A model generated the notes under the pieces. The model was not told where the DNA came from. It saw only the letters and a list, made by a program, of their open reading frames with translations, and ran no database searches. A stretch of DNA of 63,956 bases, filler included, from Callorhinchus milii (Eukaryota), in assembly GCF_018977255.1 (NCBI RefSeq). It is 2 parts of 2 records of this genome, joined end to end, with 100 filler letters (N's around TTAATTAATTAA, not from the genome) between each part and the next. Parts side by side here need not be neighbours in the genome. Positions count along the whole stretch, not along the records: positions 1 to 31,952 come from NW_024705607.1; 1 more part is not named here. One strand, given 5' to 3'. Positions 13,601-25,777 of this stretch are shown piece after piece. Both the position numbers and the translations under genes were made by a program. Positions within the stretch are counted from its first letter, which is position 1; the number at the start of each line of letters is the position of its first letter.

Positions 13601-14790
13601 TGGGCAGAGACACACATTGAATGTCTGTGTGAGCTCAGTGTAGGAGTCGGGCAGACACACAAAGTGAAGTTCAGTGTTGGCTCAGTGCAAGAATTGGGCA
13701 GAGACACACAGTTAAGGTTAGTGTTTGCTCAGTGCAGGAGGTTGGCAGAGACGCACAGGGAAGGTCAGTGTTAGATCAGTGCAGGAGGTGGGCAGAAGCA
13801 CACAGGTATGGTCAGTGTTAGCTCAGTGCAGGAGGTGCGCAGAGACAAACAAGGAAGTTCAGTGTCAGCTCAGTGCAGGAGGTGGGTAGAGACACACAGA
13901 GAAGATCAGTGTTAGCACAGTGGAGGAGGTGGGTAGAGACACACAGTGAAGGTCAGTGTAAGCTCAGTGCAGGAGTTGCGCTGAGACACAAGGTCAGTAT
14001 TAGCTCAGTGCAGGAGCTGGACAGAGACACAAAGTGAAGGTCAGTGGTAGCTCAGAGCAGGAGGTGGGCAGAGACACACAGTGAAGATCAGGGTCAGCTA
14101 AGTGCAGCAGGTGGGCAGAGACACACAGTGAAGATCAGGGTCAGCTAAGTGCAGGAGGTGGGCACAGACAAACACGAAAGGTGAGTGTTAGCTCAGTGCA
14201 GGGGGTGGGCAGAGACGCATAGTGAAAGTCAGTGTTTGCTCAGTGCAGGAAATGGGCATAGACACACAGGGAAGATCAGTGTTAGCACAGTGCAGGTTGT
14301 CGGCAGAGAAACACAGGGAAGGTCAGTGGTAGCTCAGTGCAGGAGGTGGGAATGGACACACCAGATAGGTCAGTGTTAGCTCAGTGCTGGAGGTGCGCAG
14401 AGACACAATGGGAAGGTCAGTGTTAGCTCAGTGCAGGTGGTGGGAAGAGACACACAGGGAAGTTCAGTGTTAACTCAGGTCAGGAGGTGGGCAGACACAA
14501 ACAGGGAAGGACATTATTAGCTCAAGCAGGAGGTGTGCAGAGACACACAGGGAAGGTCTGTGTTAGCTCAGAGCAGGAGATGGGCAGATACATACAGTGA
14601 AGGTCAGTGTGAGCTCAGTGCAGGAGGTGGGCAGAGACACACAGGAAAGTACAGTGTGAGCTCAGTGCAGGCGGGGGGCAGAGACACACAAGAAAGGAGA
14701 GTTTCAGTTGAGGGCAGCCGATGGGCAGAGACATAGATGGTAGCCAAGTGTTGGCTGAGGGCAGGAGTTGGGCAGAGATGTGTGTATGAG
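10624..14790. repeat. 47-bp minisatellite, roughly 85-90 units
   Basis: Unit GAAGGTCAGTGTTAGCTCAGTGCAGGAGGTGGGCAGAGACACACAGT (e.g. 12262-12308), degenerating at both ends. Confidence 0.97.
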
Positions 14791-14982
14791 GAAACCAGAG
14801 AAATAACGAGGTGTTGGGGTGTGAAAGCATGTGGTGCCGCTGACCTGGCAATGATTGAGCAATCAAGTGAGATGATTTTGTGCATATAATATCGTTTTCA
14901 AACAGCTGAATCGTTAAAAAAAACCAACGGATTGTTTAAAACCAGCGAAATGGGTGACTGAAAGTGACATTATTGGAAGATA

Positions 14983-15053
14983 AGGTGACTCCTGGATTTC
15001 AATCAGAATCTCTCGATCTGCAGCCTCAAGAGCTACCAATGAGATACACTTAT
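14983..15053 (-). pseudogene. tRNA-Cys(GCA) highly degenerate pseudogene
   Basis: AGGTGACTCCTGGATTTCAATC..CTCTCGATCTGCAG..CTACCAATGAG aligns to the reverse complement of tRNA-Cys. Confidence 0.55.
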
Positions 15054-15329
15054 ATGTGTGTGGACATTTGCTGAGAAGTTCATATATCAACAATATTATA
15101 AATGGTCAACATAAGCAATTGCCGTCCGGAAAAAATAACCTCAGAGAAAAAACATTAAGTCAAACTGGAAGACAACATCCATTGGTGACTATCAGCCCAA
15201 TCAACACTCACTGCAATTGTAACACAGAAGGAATTCCTCCGACACTGTCTGCAATGTTTACAATTAATTCAGCTCTCGACACACAGATTATTTGAAAGCT
15301 ATATTGATATTCCAGCACAGTTCACAGTA

Positions 15330-15960
15330 GTGATTAAATTCAATTCGGTTTTTCTAAAGGTTCGTGAGCACATAATAAGTTTCCTGGGTGGACACGCGAG
15401 CAAAGACGGCGGCGGATAGTTGGGAGGGTTGATGTGCGCGTTTGGGTGGAGGGGAGGATGACTAAAAGAAAAGACTCAAATAGTATGAGGCTCTTTGAAA
15501 GACACAGGATCTCTGAAATGATTTTCCGGAAGACGAGGTGTATAACGACTGAAATCTCGCCCAGAGAGGCGTATATTGGTGGTGGGTGGGGGTTTGGTGG
15601 TGGGGCGGGTGAGGCTGGTGGGATATGAAGCTGTCGGCGTTTGTTGAGTAATGGTATGGTTGGGTCAGTTGGCTTGAAGGAGTTGGCGGAGATAGGGCCG
15701 TGTGAGGGAATGAGGGCATTTGAAATTGAAGGCATGGTCGACAACGATAGCCTTAAGACCTGACTTGAAGCAGATGAGGCAGAGGCCATGCGGGATAGAG
15801 TTCCACAGATCTGGTGCAGGAATGCTGAATGGCCGACCGCCCACAGTGGGGCGGGAATTACGCGGGACCTGAAGCGGACTGGTGTCCGCTGAGCGGAGGC
15901 AGCAGACATTCTTCTTTGCGGTTAGGAAGTCAGAAACATTGGGGGAACAAGACTGTAGTG
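15330..15960 (-). mobile_element. degenerate L2-like LINE 3' fragment
   Basis: Purine-rich plus strand with motifs (GGATAGAGTTCCACAG, GACCTGAAGCGGA) like the L2 3' region at 26000-26200. Confidence 0.45.
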
Positions 15961-16014
15961 GTGTTGTGAAGGATTAAAAAGCTATTCTCTGCGTAGCTCT
16001 CGTGGTTTCCATAT

Positions 16015-17110
16015 AGCGGGCCTGATCTCTGTATTAAAGCCTGGTCTCTCATAGCACGACTGGCCTTTGTGTAACAGACCCGATCTCAGTTTGTCTGCCT
16101 CGTCTCTTTACAGCATGTCATGATCTCTATAATAATAATAATATTCCTTGCATTTGATACAGCGCTTTTCGCGTCGGGAGGACGTCTCAAAGCGCTTCAC
16201 AGAACACAATGTAAAGTAAATTGACTACATATTTGTGGGCGAGCGCGTCAGCCAATTGCGCACAGCAATGTCCCACAAACAGTCGTCGGTTGAAAATTAT
16301 CAATTTATTATTGTTTTTGATTGAGGAGTGTTTATTATTAGGCTCTGTGTGGAGTAAGGAAACTTGCCTAAGGTTTCGCCCTCTGCCTGGAATGGAACTC
16401 AGGTCTCTCACTTGCAAAGCGTGCGCTCTAACTACTGAGCTACAGGTCTCTGTATCGATGGCCTCGTCCTTGTATAATTGGACTGGTATCTGTTTAAAAG
16501 GCCTGGTCTATATGTGTAACAGGCTTGGTCTCTACATACCAGCCTGGTCTTGTATAAGAGGCCTGGTCACGTTATAACTAGCCTGATATCTGGATAAAAA
16601 CTAGGTATCAACACAAGATCCCTGGTCTCTGCATAACAGGTCTGCTATCGTAAAATAGCGCAGTTCGCTATTCAACAGCTCTTGTCACTTAAAACAGGTC
16701 TGATCTCTGTGTAACTGGCATGGATTCTTTATAAAAGGTCTGTTCACAAAAGCTCTGGTCTCTGTACAACAGGTCTGGTCACTGTACACAATGCCTGGTC
16801 ACAGTACAACTGGCCGGATATCTGTCCAACAGCTCTGGTCTCCGCACGACAGCTCTGATCTCTATAACTGGCATTGTCTGTATGTAATTGCCTGATTTCT
16901 GTATAACGGGCAGGTTATAACGGGCAGGTCTCTGTATAACAGCTTGGAGTCTGTATCACAAATGATTCTCTGTACAGCAGTTTGCTGTGTGTATAACAGG
17001 CCTGGTCTATTAATAAAAGTCTTGGTCCATGTATAACTGGCTGGGCTATGTATATGAGTCTGGTTTTAGGATAATATGCTTTGTCGATGTACAAAATGAT
17101 TGGTCTCTGT
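16015..17110. repeat. degenerate ~22-bp tandem repeat (GGCCTGGTCTCTGTATAAC-like), interrupted by a SINE
   Basis: CTGGTCTCTGT..AAC motif recurs every 21-23 bp on both sides of the SINE at 16129-16449. Confidence 0.75.
16129..16449 (-). mobile_element. tRNA-derived SINE, same family as 3281
   Basis: Reverse complement of head, body and (ATT)n tail. Confidence 0.9.
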
Positions 17111-18464
17111 GTACGGAGACACCTGGTGAAATCCGAAAGAATGATGGTTTCGAGAGTGCCTTCAGACTGAACAGTTTAAATGCTGTCGATGTAAGAGAAC
17201 TGTGATGGCTTGTTTTATATTGACACTCGCGTTGTGTACTATTTGATATAACTTTTTTTTAAGTTTTCGAGGCTACTTAAGGCGCTTTCCATGACACACT
17301 GTGAAGCAAATTGTCTGTATATCACGTTAGCGAATCGCAGTTAGAAGGGCGTTGTCATAATTATTCATTGGATAGTCATAATTCCACAAAAAGAAGAAGC
17401 GATCGTTTCATTCGTTTTATGTGTTTGTACTTTACCACGTAAATAAAACAGATAATGAAGGAATTAGTTAATTCAACAGTGGTGTTGATGGAGAATCATT
17501 GGACACACTATCCGGAAAGCGTACAAACCATTGTTTACTGTGGGGCGGAAAGTGTGAAAAACTGTGTGCGGAAAGGCCCAATGTCTCTGTGTTTAAAAGG
17601 GAAAGCGATAGTAATTTTAAAAGTAACAAACATTGCGTCTGATACCGCCATATTACGTTTTCAACACGTCTCAAAACGCTTAAGATAATATATTGTAGAG
17701 CGATTTGAATCTACTTTGTGAGTGAAACGCCGCAGCCATTTGCACACACCGTCAATGCAGATCAATTCGTATCCACATTGCAGCGACCCCACAATATAGT
17801 GCTACTACGGCTGCGGACTCGACTGGTCACAGGAATGTGGGTGACAGTCAGAGACTTGAGCAGCAAAACCAGAAGGAATGTGAGTGTCGGGAGTGTCGTA
17901 AGATCAAACAGATGAAATGCAGCCTTTGGAGGGAAGTCTGATGGCTTGTTTCATACCGATACTCTGATAGTATGCTGTGCAAATAACAAACACCAGGTCA
18001 TGCTTTGCCCCAAGTAAATCGCACTCAATGCAAAGCGAGTGTTGTTAATACATTTATTTATTGTCAACGCAAAGCATTGAATCCACGAGCAAACTCATCA
18101 GTTTATCCCATTCCTTGTATTCTTTTCTACTTTTTGTCTTCGACTCATTAGCTCTTACTGAATTGTCTTTGATTTCTTAAAGCGATAGCCTACAACACTT
18201 ATTCACACACACAAACACACCCATACAGATACAGACACCACACACACACACACACAGAGACCCACAGAAAGAAACCAAAATATACGCACTCGCACAAACC
18301 CACATCCATACACAGACAGAAACACACATCTGCTCACACACCCTCACACATACAGACACACAAACAGAGACACTGCAGCAGAGACACTAATACACAGATA
18401 CATTACGAATCCTATCACTGTGTCGGTTCAGTCACACAGACACACAAACCACTGGCGAAGTTTG

Positions 18465-19381
18465 TCAATGAAATAATCTGACAATTAGAATAAAAGGAAA
18501 TGTCACCGCTTTCCTAATTTCCGCTCTGAATTTAGTCTGAGTAACCGCGTAAATACACGTGTTTGTACAGCAACTCAAATACACCAGCATGAAGGCCACT
18601 CGCCAGATGATAAACGAAGGGTCATTATACCCTGTGAAGTAATATTTTTTTGAAAACCTCCAGTATAAGAAAAATAAAACAAATGTTATCCATAATAATA
18701 TAAAATTTGCAGAAACAGCAAAGAGTAAAATGATGGATTTCTTTCTCTTCCTCATCTCTGGATCACTGTCACTCGCTCCTCTATTCCTGTCCCCATCACT
18801 GTGTCCTCGCAATCTCCTGCGGGCTCGGCTGGACTCCAGTATGTGGCTGACAGTCAGGGCGTTGAGCAGCAAAATCAGAACGAATGGGAGAAACGGGGTT
18901 AAAATAACGTGGAGCCAGTCAAACACTATCCATGAGAGGGAAGTGTGATAGCTGGGTTTGTATTGGCATCCCCTTGGTATGTCGTTAACTATGTACTGTG
19001 GTACATATGAAAAATACCAGGGAATGTTTTCCACAAAGAAGATCAGAGCCAATACCGCTATCACTCTCAGAGCTGTTTTTTCGGTGCAATATTTTGTTTT
19101 AAGTTTTGGGCAACAGATGGCGACATATCGATCAAAGGTGAAAGCTACTGTTAACCACACAGACATTGACCTTGTTGTACAATCCAGGAAACCATTCAAC
19201 CGGCAAATATGAGTGATGGTGACGAACGAATTCGGGAAGTCACGGTAAACAATGCGTACGAAAATCACTGCTATGATAACCGACATCAGATCGGCCACAG
19301 TCATGGCCACTAGATAGCGAGAGATGCATTTGGAGAGACCGCACCGCCCTCGACACAGGATCACAATCGCCAATATGTTCG
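18465..19381 (-). CDS. GPR139/GPR142-like orphan class A GPCR, coding exon 2 (end of TM1 to TM7)
   Basis: Acceptor TCTCTTTCTCACTCTCTGTAG|CG AAC ATA TTG; hydrophobic TM segments, FTFDRYVAIC (DRY motif), RGRCGLS and CCTNTCIY typical of this subfamily; stop at 18465. Confidence 0.9.
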
Positions 19382-20278
19382 CTACAGAGAGTGAGAAAGA
19401 GACGATCAGTCATAATGAACATTGGAAGAGATCACAGAGTGTTGATGAACTGAACGCTGTGGACTGAGGCAACTGTCGCCTTCAAAATTCAAACCCCAAT
19501 TTTTGAGATTTGAAGGCAGATGGAGCCAAACGTTTTCCGCTGTGCATCACCTTCCGGTCCATGGATACAGAAAGAGAGAGAGAAATATAGATAGAGAGAG
19601 GGTCGGCGTAGAGAGACACACTGGCAGAGAGAGAGAGATAAAGAAAACAGAGAGAAAAGGGCAATAAGAACAAACAGAGCGAATTTAATTCAAACGCGGC
19701 AGCTGAACAGCGCACAAACAGCAATTAAGCGAGTGACCAATTTTATATGGAAGATTTTTGTCCAGGACACCACGATACGTTTGCCTCTGTTTTCGAGCCG
19801 ACTCGAATAATTGATAAAGCGCTGCATCAAGTGGAAGGATTATTATTATTGTTACTGTAACAGTTTTCAACAACCCAACAGAAAATCTTGTATTTTCTTA
19901 TTCACTTCCCTTTCTCACGAAGGCACCTGTAACCATGGAGCTCACCCTCCCGCCCTGTGTGTAAGGTCTGAGATGATACCCTGTGTGAGAGGCGTTAAAC
20001 TCCAGCACTTTGCGTACGGCCTAAGATACTGCCCTGTGTGAGGAGTGCTATCCTCCACCACTGTGTGTAACGTCCGTGACACTGCCCTGTGTGAGAGGCG
20101 CGACACTAAAGTAGTTTGCTTTTGATGTCGAGTGTCAGTCTTCAGTGTGAGGTTAATGTCTTGACATGGGACTAAACCACACAACGCTCTGATTCACATG
20201 GGAGAATGTTACCGACTGAGTCAGTCTGAAAACGGTACTCCTTATTTCTGTGGAAAATAAACTGGTTAAACTACTTGC

Positions 20279-20348
20279 CAGGAACTCCAACAGCAGCGAG
20301 AATTGGGTCGTAAATCCATTGTATCCTCCACATTATCGGAATACTCAT
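20279..20348 (-). CDS. GPR139/GPR142-like GPCR coding exon 1 (MSIPIMWRIQWIYDPILAAVGVP + 1 nt)
   Basis: ATG at 20348; 70 nt ends in phase 1 at a GCAAGT donor and joins exon 2 in frame to give ...AVGVPANILAIVIL...; about 328 aa in total. Confidence 0.8.
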
Positions 20349-21249
20349 CCTCACAGCGAAAAAAGCGATTCCCCTTCTTGGTACAGGAAGCAGCTCACGC
20401 TAAGGAATGACGTTCAATAGCATAATGCGGAGTCGTATTTAATACAAATGGGAGAACGCTTTGATGAGCAATCTTACCACGTGTTCACAGATGAGTTTGT
20501 GCCATGTAGAAAACATACTCTCCCTGAGTTATGCAATTCAACTCAGCGATTCCGTTAGCGGCAGGTGGTTTTTCATCTATGCAGAAAGCCTTGCCTGCAA
20601 TATCCCAGACGCTACCATGCGTTAATGCAGATTGTTGTTCAAGTATCTAAATCACCTGAGAGAGTCACATGTGTCCCCAATTTCACGTGGAATTCGCCAG
20701 CCTGGAATAGAGGGCAAAATCTTTCCATTCGAGAACAAAAGCTGCTTAAGGAACTACAGAGTGTTCGGTACAGGAAGGGAAGAACGAAGGCTTTGTGACC
20801 GAAATTTGGGCACTGAGGATGTTGTTGTAGTTTAGCTAAAGCTGAAATGCTTGCTACGGAGAATAATACTCCATACAATTCCACTGTGACTTTCTTACAT
20901 TCCATACATCTAGCTATGAATTGCAGCATCAGCTGAAACGTTATCAGCCTTACTCAGTGGTGATATTCTCACATCTGATTCAGTAATTGTGGTTTCCATA
21001 TAATGCTGGGGATGTGTGGCATTGTCGGAGGTGCCGGCATTTGAATGAGACATTTTGCTAAGAATCCAGGTGCCTTTTCTGCTGGATATTATTATATGCC
21101 AATGCACTTTTCAAAAAGTCCAGTGCGTTTCTACCAGTGTCGTGGCCAGCAATTCCGCAGGAACCATTATATTCTCACTTCTTGAATGTGTCTCGGACAT
21201 TGCTGTGGGCAAACTGGCTGCTGTGTTTCGAATCTATGGTAACATTATT

Positions 21250-21480
21250 TCAGTGAGCAAAGAGTTAAAATGTGGAACAGGTTCCCTAAGGAGACGGATG
21301 AAGCACTCAGTGTTGCTTCCTTAAAAAACATATTAGATAGGTTTCTTTTAGGAAACAATATTATGGAATATAGTACAATAGGTTGGGACATATGTGCTTG
21401 CTACCGCCAGGAAGGCGAAAGGCGACCCAAGTGGCCCTTATTCTTTTTTACATCTCGCGTTTCTTATGTTCTCATGTTTC
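21250..21480 (+). mobile_element. CR1-like LINE 3' fragment
   Basis: TGTGGAACAG...TTAGATAGGTTT...TTTCTTATGTTCTCATGTT terminal pattern; inverse-oriented relative at ~24470-24700. Confidence 0.5.
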
Positions 21481-23947
21481 ACTCAATAATAATAATAAAT
21501 TCCCTTACAGTTTATACGTTGAGCATTTGTGACATTCAAGACCTGATCGAGTAATGATTTAAATATGAAGGGTTATTATTAATGATTTATTATTATTATT
21601 GAAATATCTGGAATTAATCTGTACAGTTACTAACGATTCCAACGGCTTTCGGCTCCACTTTCACCGCACTAAATGTTTATCCTCTGGCTGAAGATTCAGT
21701 ACATGTGCATTCAACCGTGATACAAAACAACAACAGCCACAACTATTGTTTACACAGTGTATTATTGCCAAGGAATTCATTATTTTATTATTGCCAAGTT
21801 GTAGAGAAAGCGGAGGTGACTCTGGGCAAAGGGCAAAGTAAGTTCAGGTCTGATCTGAAGAAGGGCATGGAGGGAGGGGCAAGGAGGAAGCCTCCTCGAG
21901 GGCAATACGTTTGACCTGAAATCCAAAACACAATTACCACATCTTCCTGCCCATAACGGCAAAAAAAAACCTTCCCACTGTGCGATCGTTGCAACAGTTG
22001 TCGGTGCAGTGATTGAGCGTCAATGCTGCAATGTCTGCAAACCGATCAAGGTGTACTCCAAGGCCTGTGTACACACATATGTGTTGGTGACACGATTCCA
22101 GTTTACAATTCCCAGCACATATCTGAATGACATCGCTCTTCAGAGCCGTGCGAGCACCTTTACAGATCAATCTGCGATCTACTAGCCATCTTGGTAATTT
22201 CAAGGTCCACATTCAGTGCCCACATACCAGGAGTCCATGTCCTTGTTTGTCTCGCCACTGTGAAACGGACTCCAGCACCATTTTCCTTTTCCCCCAAGTC
22301 TTCCACAATCAAGTGGTAGACACTGCAATTGATCTGGAGGACATCTATCTGTGGCAAACTGAGGAGCTCCAAAGTTACAATGCAGAAACATGTCCTATAA
22401 GATTCACTCAGATTTTACAAGGCAGAAAGATAACCTGCATTGGAACATTGCTTTCCTTTAACTGAGGCGAGCATGACTGGAGAGGTCTTGTCAGAGAAGA
22501 ACAGAACTGTGTCCAAGCAAAAGTTTGCATAGAATAAGCGAATTCAACAGCACAAAAAGAGGCCAACCGTCCCATCGTACCTGTGCCAGCTGCATGCAAA
22601 GCTACCGAGTGACTCCCACTCCCACATTCGTTTCCCACAGCAGGATTTTTTTTACTTTTGCAAGTGTACATCCAATTCACTTATCGAAAGTTTTTATTGC
22701 ATCTGCTTTTATCTCCTTTTCAGGCAGTGGCTTTCAGGTGATAAAAGCTCGCAGGGCAAATAAATGTATCTGTCTCCAGATGAATCGTGCAGAAGCAGGA
22801 TCATTGTCAGGAAAGCCTGGGACACGTACTCCATGTCAATGATCCTCGGTGGCATCGTAATTAATGAACACATCTAAAGTGTTCATGGCCTTGTCTTGTC
22901 TTACCCCCACTTCAACAGGAATGTTTTCAGAGACCAGGGACAACCTTCACATGGATTCTAGAGATGGAATACACATTCTGGATGAAATCCAAATTTTTGG
23001 CCTTATACTCCCATGGATTCCAGTCTCAAAAAAACGCTTGACGATCTTGCGAAAATCAACTAAAGCAACGGAGTTGGATTTTTCGCTCAGACTTTGACGA
23101 TCTCTGCTGTCATATCGTAAGCCATACCCAATGTCGCACACATTAGATATGACATTAGACGCCAGAATGGTTCTTCAATGTCAAACAACCTGCCTCCAAC
23201 CCATGTGATATATGTGTCGTGATAACGTGAAGCGATCAGCAAAGAAACACTGAAATCAGTGAAGTTCCTCTGTATATCTATCTCTTTCTCGGGTAAACCT
23301 ACTTGTGGACTATGACCACAATTCATCTCTGGAACAATGATGGTGGACTTGCCTCAGAAATCTGTTGTCCAGCACTAAGAGAACAGTTTCTCGTCGCGTT
23401 TGTCGGTTTCTGGCAGCAACCTGTATGATTCGCATTGTTTTAATCACACAAGTAACCCATATCATTCTTCTTTCACTTAGAGCAAATATCTCTTGGTCAC
23501 GTATGAAATGTGGCCAATACTTTCCGACATTTAAGATTACTTATTATTAATTCTCGACTTTGCAAATGCTAGTATATATATTGCAAAACAATGTACGTAA
23601 ATATAGTGTTATAAACATATTACTTATATATATTTGCCAATATCTGCCTAAATGAAGATTCACCCTGCATATGTGATAATAATAACGATACATATGTACG
23701 CCTTTTTACCTCTTCTTGGTGTGTCAATGCGCTTCACAGAATACAGTGTGAAATGAAATGACTGTATACTGTGTTGGCGAAAAGCAGCAGCTAATTGCAT
23801 GCAAGTGTGCCCAACTAACAGTCGTGCTTTCAGTGTCGAATTTATTATTATTTTTGAAAGAATAGTTAACCTCTGAAAAGCTATTCAACTATCAACTAAC
23901 AAGCGGTTTTCGACTTACAGCTTGATAATCTGACGTATGTAGAGAAA

Positions 23948-24271
23948 GAATAATAATAATAATAATGATCCTTGAATTTGATATTATTATTATTAGTATT
24001 CTCGTCTTCTGAACGTCCGAAAGCGGTGCACAGAATATGCTGTAAAGTGAACTGACCTTGTATTTGTAGGCGAAACGCCGCATCCAATTGCGCACACCAG
24101 TGTCCCAGAAACAGTTGTGGATTGGAAATGAAAGATTTATTATTTTTATTGGAGGGATTATCATTAGGCGTCTGGAGTAAGCAACTTGCCCAAAGTTTCG
24201 CCATTTGTGCAATTGAACCCAGATCTCCCGCTTGCGGGTCGAGTGCTCTAACCACTGAGCTACAGGATTCC
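23948..24271 (-). mobile_element. tRNA-derived SINE, same family as 3281 (diverged)
   Basis: CTCTAACCACTGAGCTACAGGATTCC head in reverse, Deu-like body, (AAT)n tail. Confidence 0.85.
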
Positions 24272-24999
24272 ACTTCAATGGTGCGATTTCAAACATATCT
24301 CTATTGTCTATGTCAGCATTGATTTGATCATCTGTGATCTATAGATTTGATACATAAAGCTTCTGGCCGCCAATGTCAGTTTACTGGTGGATTTTCATCA
24401 GCTATACGTCCCACTTCAGACGTTTTTTTTCCTGTGAGCTAATGGCTCTATGACTAAGCATTTGTCTTGGGCGTAAGAACACAAGATATGCGAGTAAAGA
24501 GGACAAGCTCCATCGAGTTGTCCTTTCACATTCCTGGCGGGTGCATGCACATTTGTCCCCGAAAAACCATTTACTTGATCCCATAATGTTACTTCCTGAA
24601 ATAAATAATCTAATCTATGTTAAAAACAATTAACAATTCCTGTTTCAAAGATTTCCCAAGGGAGCAGGTTCCACAGGTTCACTATTCGCTCATTGATACA
24701 GTGTTTTCACAGATCACTTCATGGTCAACCATTGCCCCTCATCCCGCTCGTAGTCAGCCTCCACCACTGTTAAGCGCTCTGAGACGCTACCCAGCATGGA
24801 GGGCGTTATGTAATTGCTACTTGTCATGTTTTCTGTTATATCAAGGAGAAATTTGGAAATGGGAAATTTGGAGGTCAACAATATGATGTTTCAACACAAA
24901 CTGACTTAATATTACATGGGTTAAATAGTTTCCATCTGCAACTTGTTGGATCGCAACGTAATCTTTCAAAGAGAGCAGAAAGCTTCCAATTGAACCTGG

Positions 25000-25697
25000 T
25001 GTTAGAAAATAAAACCAGACAAATCTGTAAGGAAATAACGCTAATACTTCTAACCAGATATGAGACTGTTTTATTATTATTCGTTCGTTATTCCCCAATA
25101 TCCCGATGGGTCAGACCAAAGGCCGATACAATCAACAGATCTTATAACAGAATAACACCACTATAGATATCTCGATTTCAAGAGCTCAACACTGTGTCTT
25201 TCCAGCACACAAGCTTGATTCTTCATGCTTTCAGTCTTCTTGCTTACAGCTTTCAATCTTCCATCTGATAGCCTCAGTCTTAGTGTTTCTAGCTCTCAGT
25301 CTTCCATCTCCCGAACCCTTGTCTCCGCAGCCCGGGATTGCCCCATCTCCCGTATCCTTGTCTCCGCGACCCGGGACGGCCCCGTCTTCCGTATCCTTGT
25401 CTCCACGACCCGGGACGGCCCCGTATACAAAGTTATCGGAAATCTTATACCAATGTTCATCCAATCATGGTGCGGACATTAGACCATCCGGTCGAAATCA
25501 TACCGGGTTCACGTGAACATCTCATGGGGTGTACGTGCCTCACACACACAAACACACTGTTCTTGAGACTGTCCGTTATCTCGTGTACGTGCAGGGAGTT
25601 TCAGTCCAGCTGCCCACAACACACTTAACTTAAAAGTTAACCCGTTCGCAATATCTATTATGATTCTAACATTATACAAATAGTGTAAATTCTAACA
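25000..25697 (-). mobile_element. LTR (probable 3' LTR of an LTR retroelement/ERV)
   Basis: Termini TGTTAGAA (25000) and TTCTAACA (25697) are 8-bp inverted TG..CA ends; on the minus strand a purine tract AAGGTGGGGAC precedes it and AATAAA lies near its 3' end; internal ~35-bp tandem repeats at 25308-25425. Confidence 0.6.
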
Positions 25698-25777
25698 GTC
25701 CCCACCTTGACACCGAAAGAACATGAGATATCACAAAATTATAAAAAGAATATAAAACAAATCAGAAAAATAATAAA

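Noticed and set aside
10624..14790. CRISPR-like array or repetitive protein
   Set aside because: Contiguous tandem units without unique spacers, no cas genes, eukaryotic context, frequent stops
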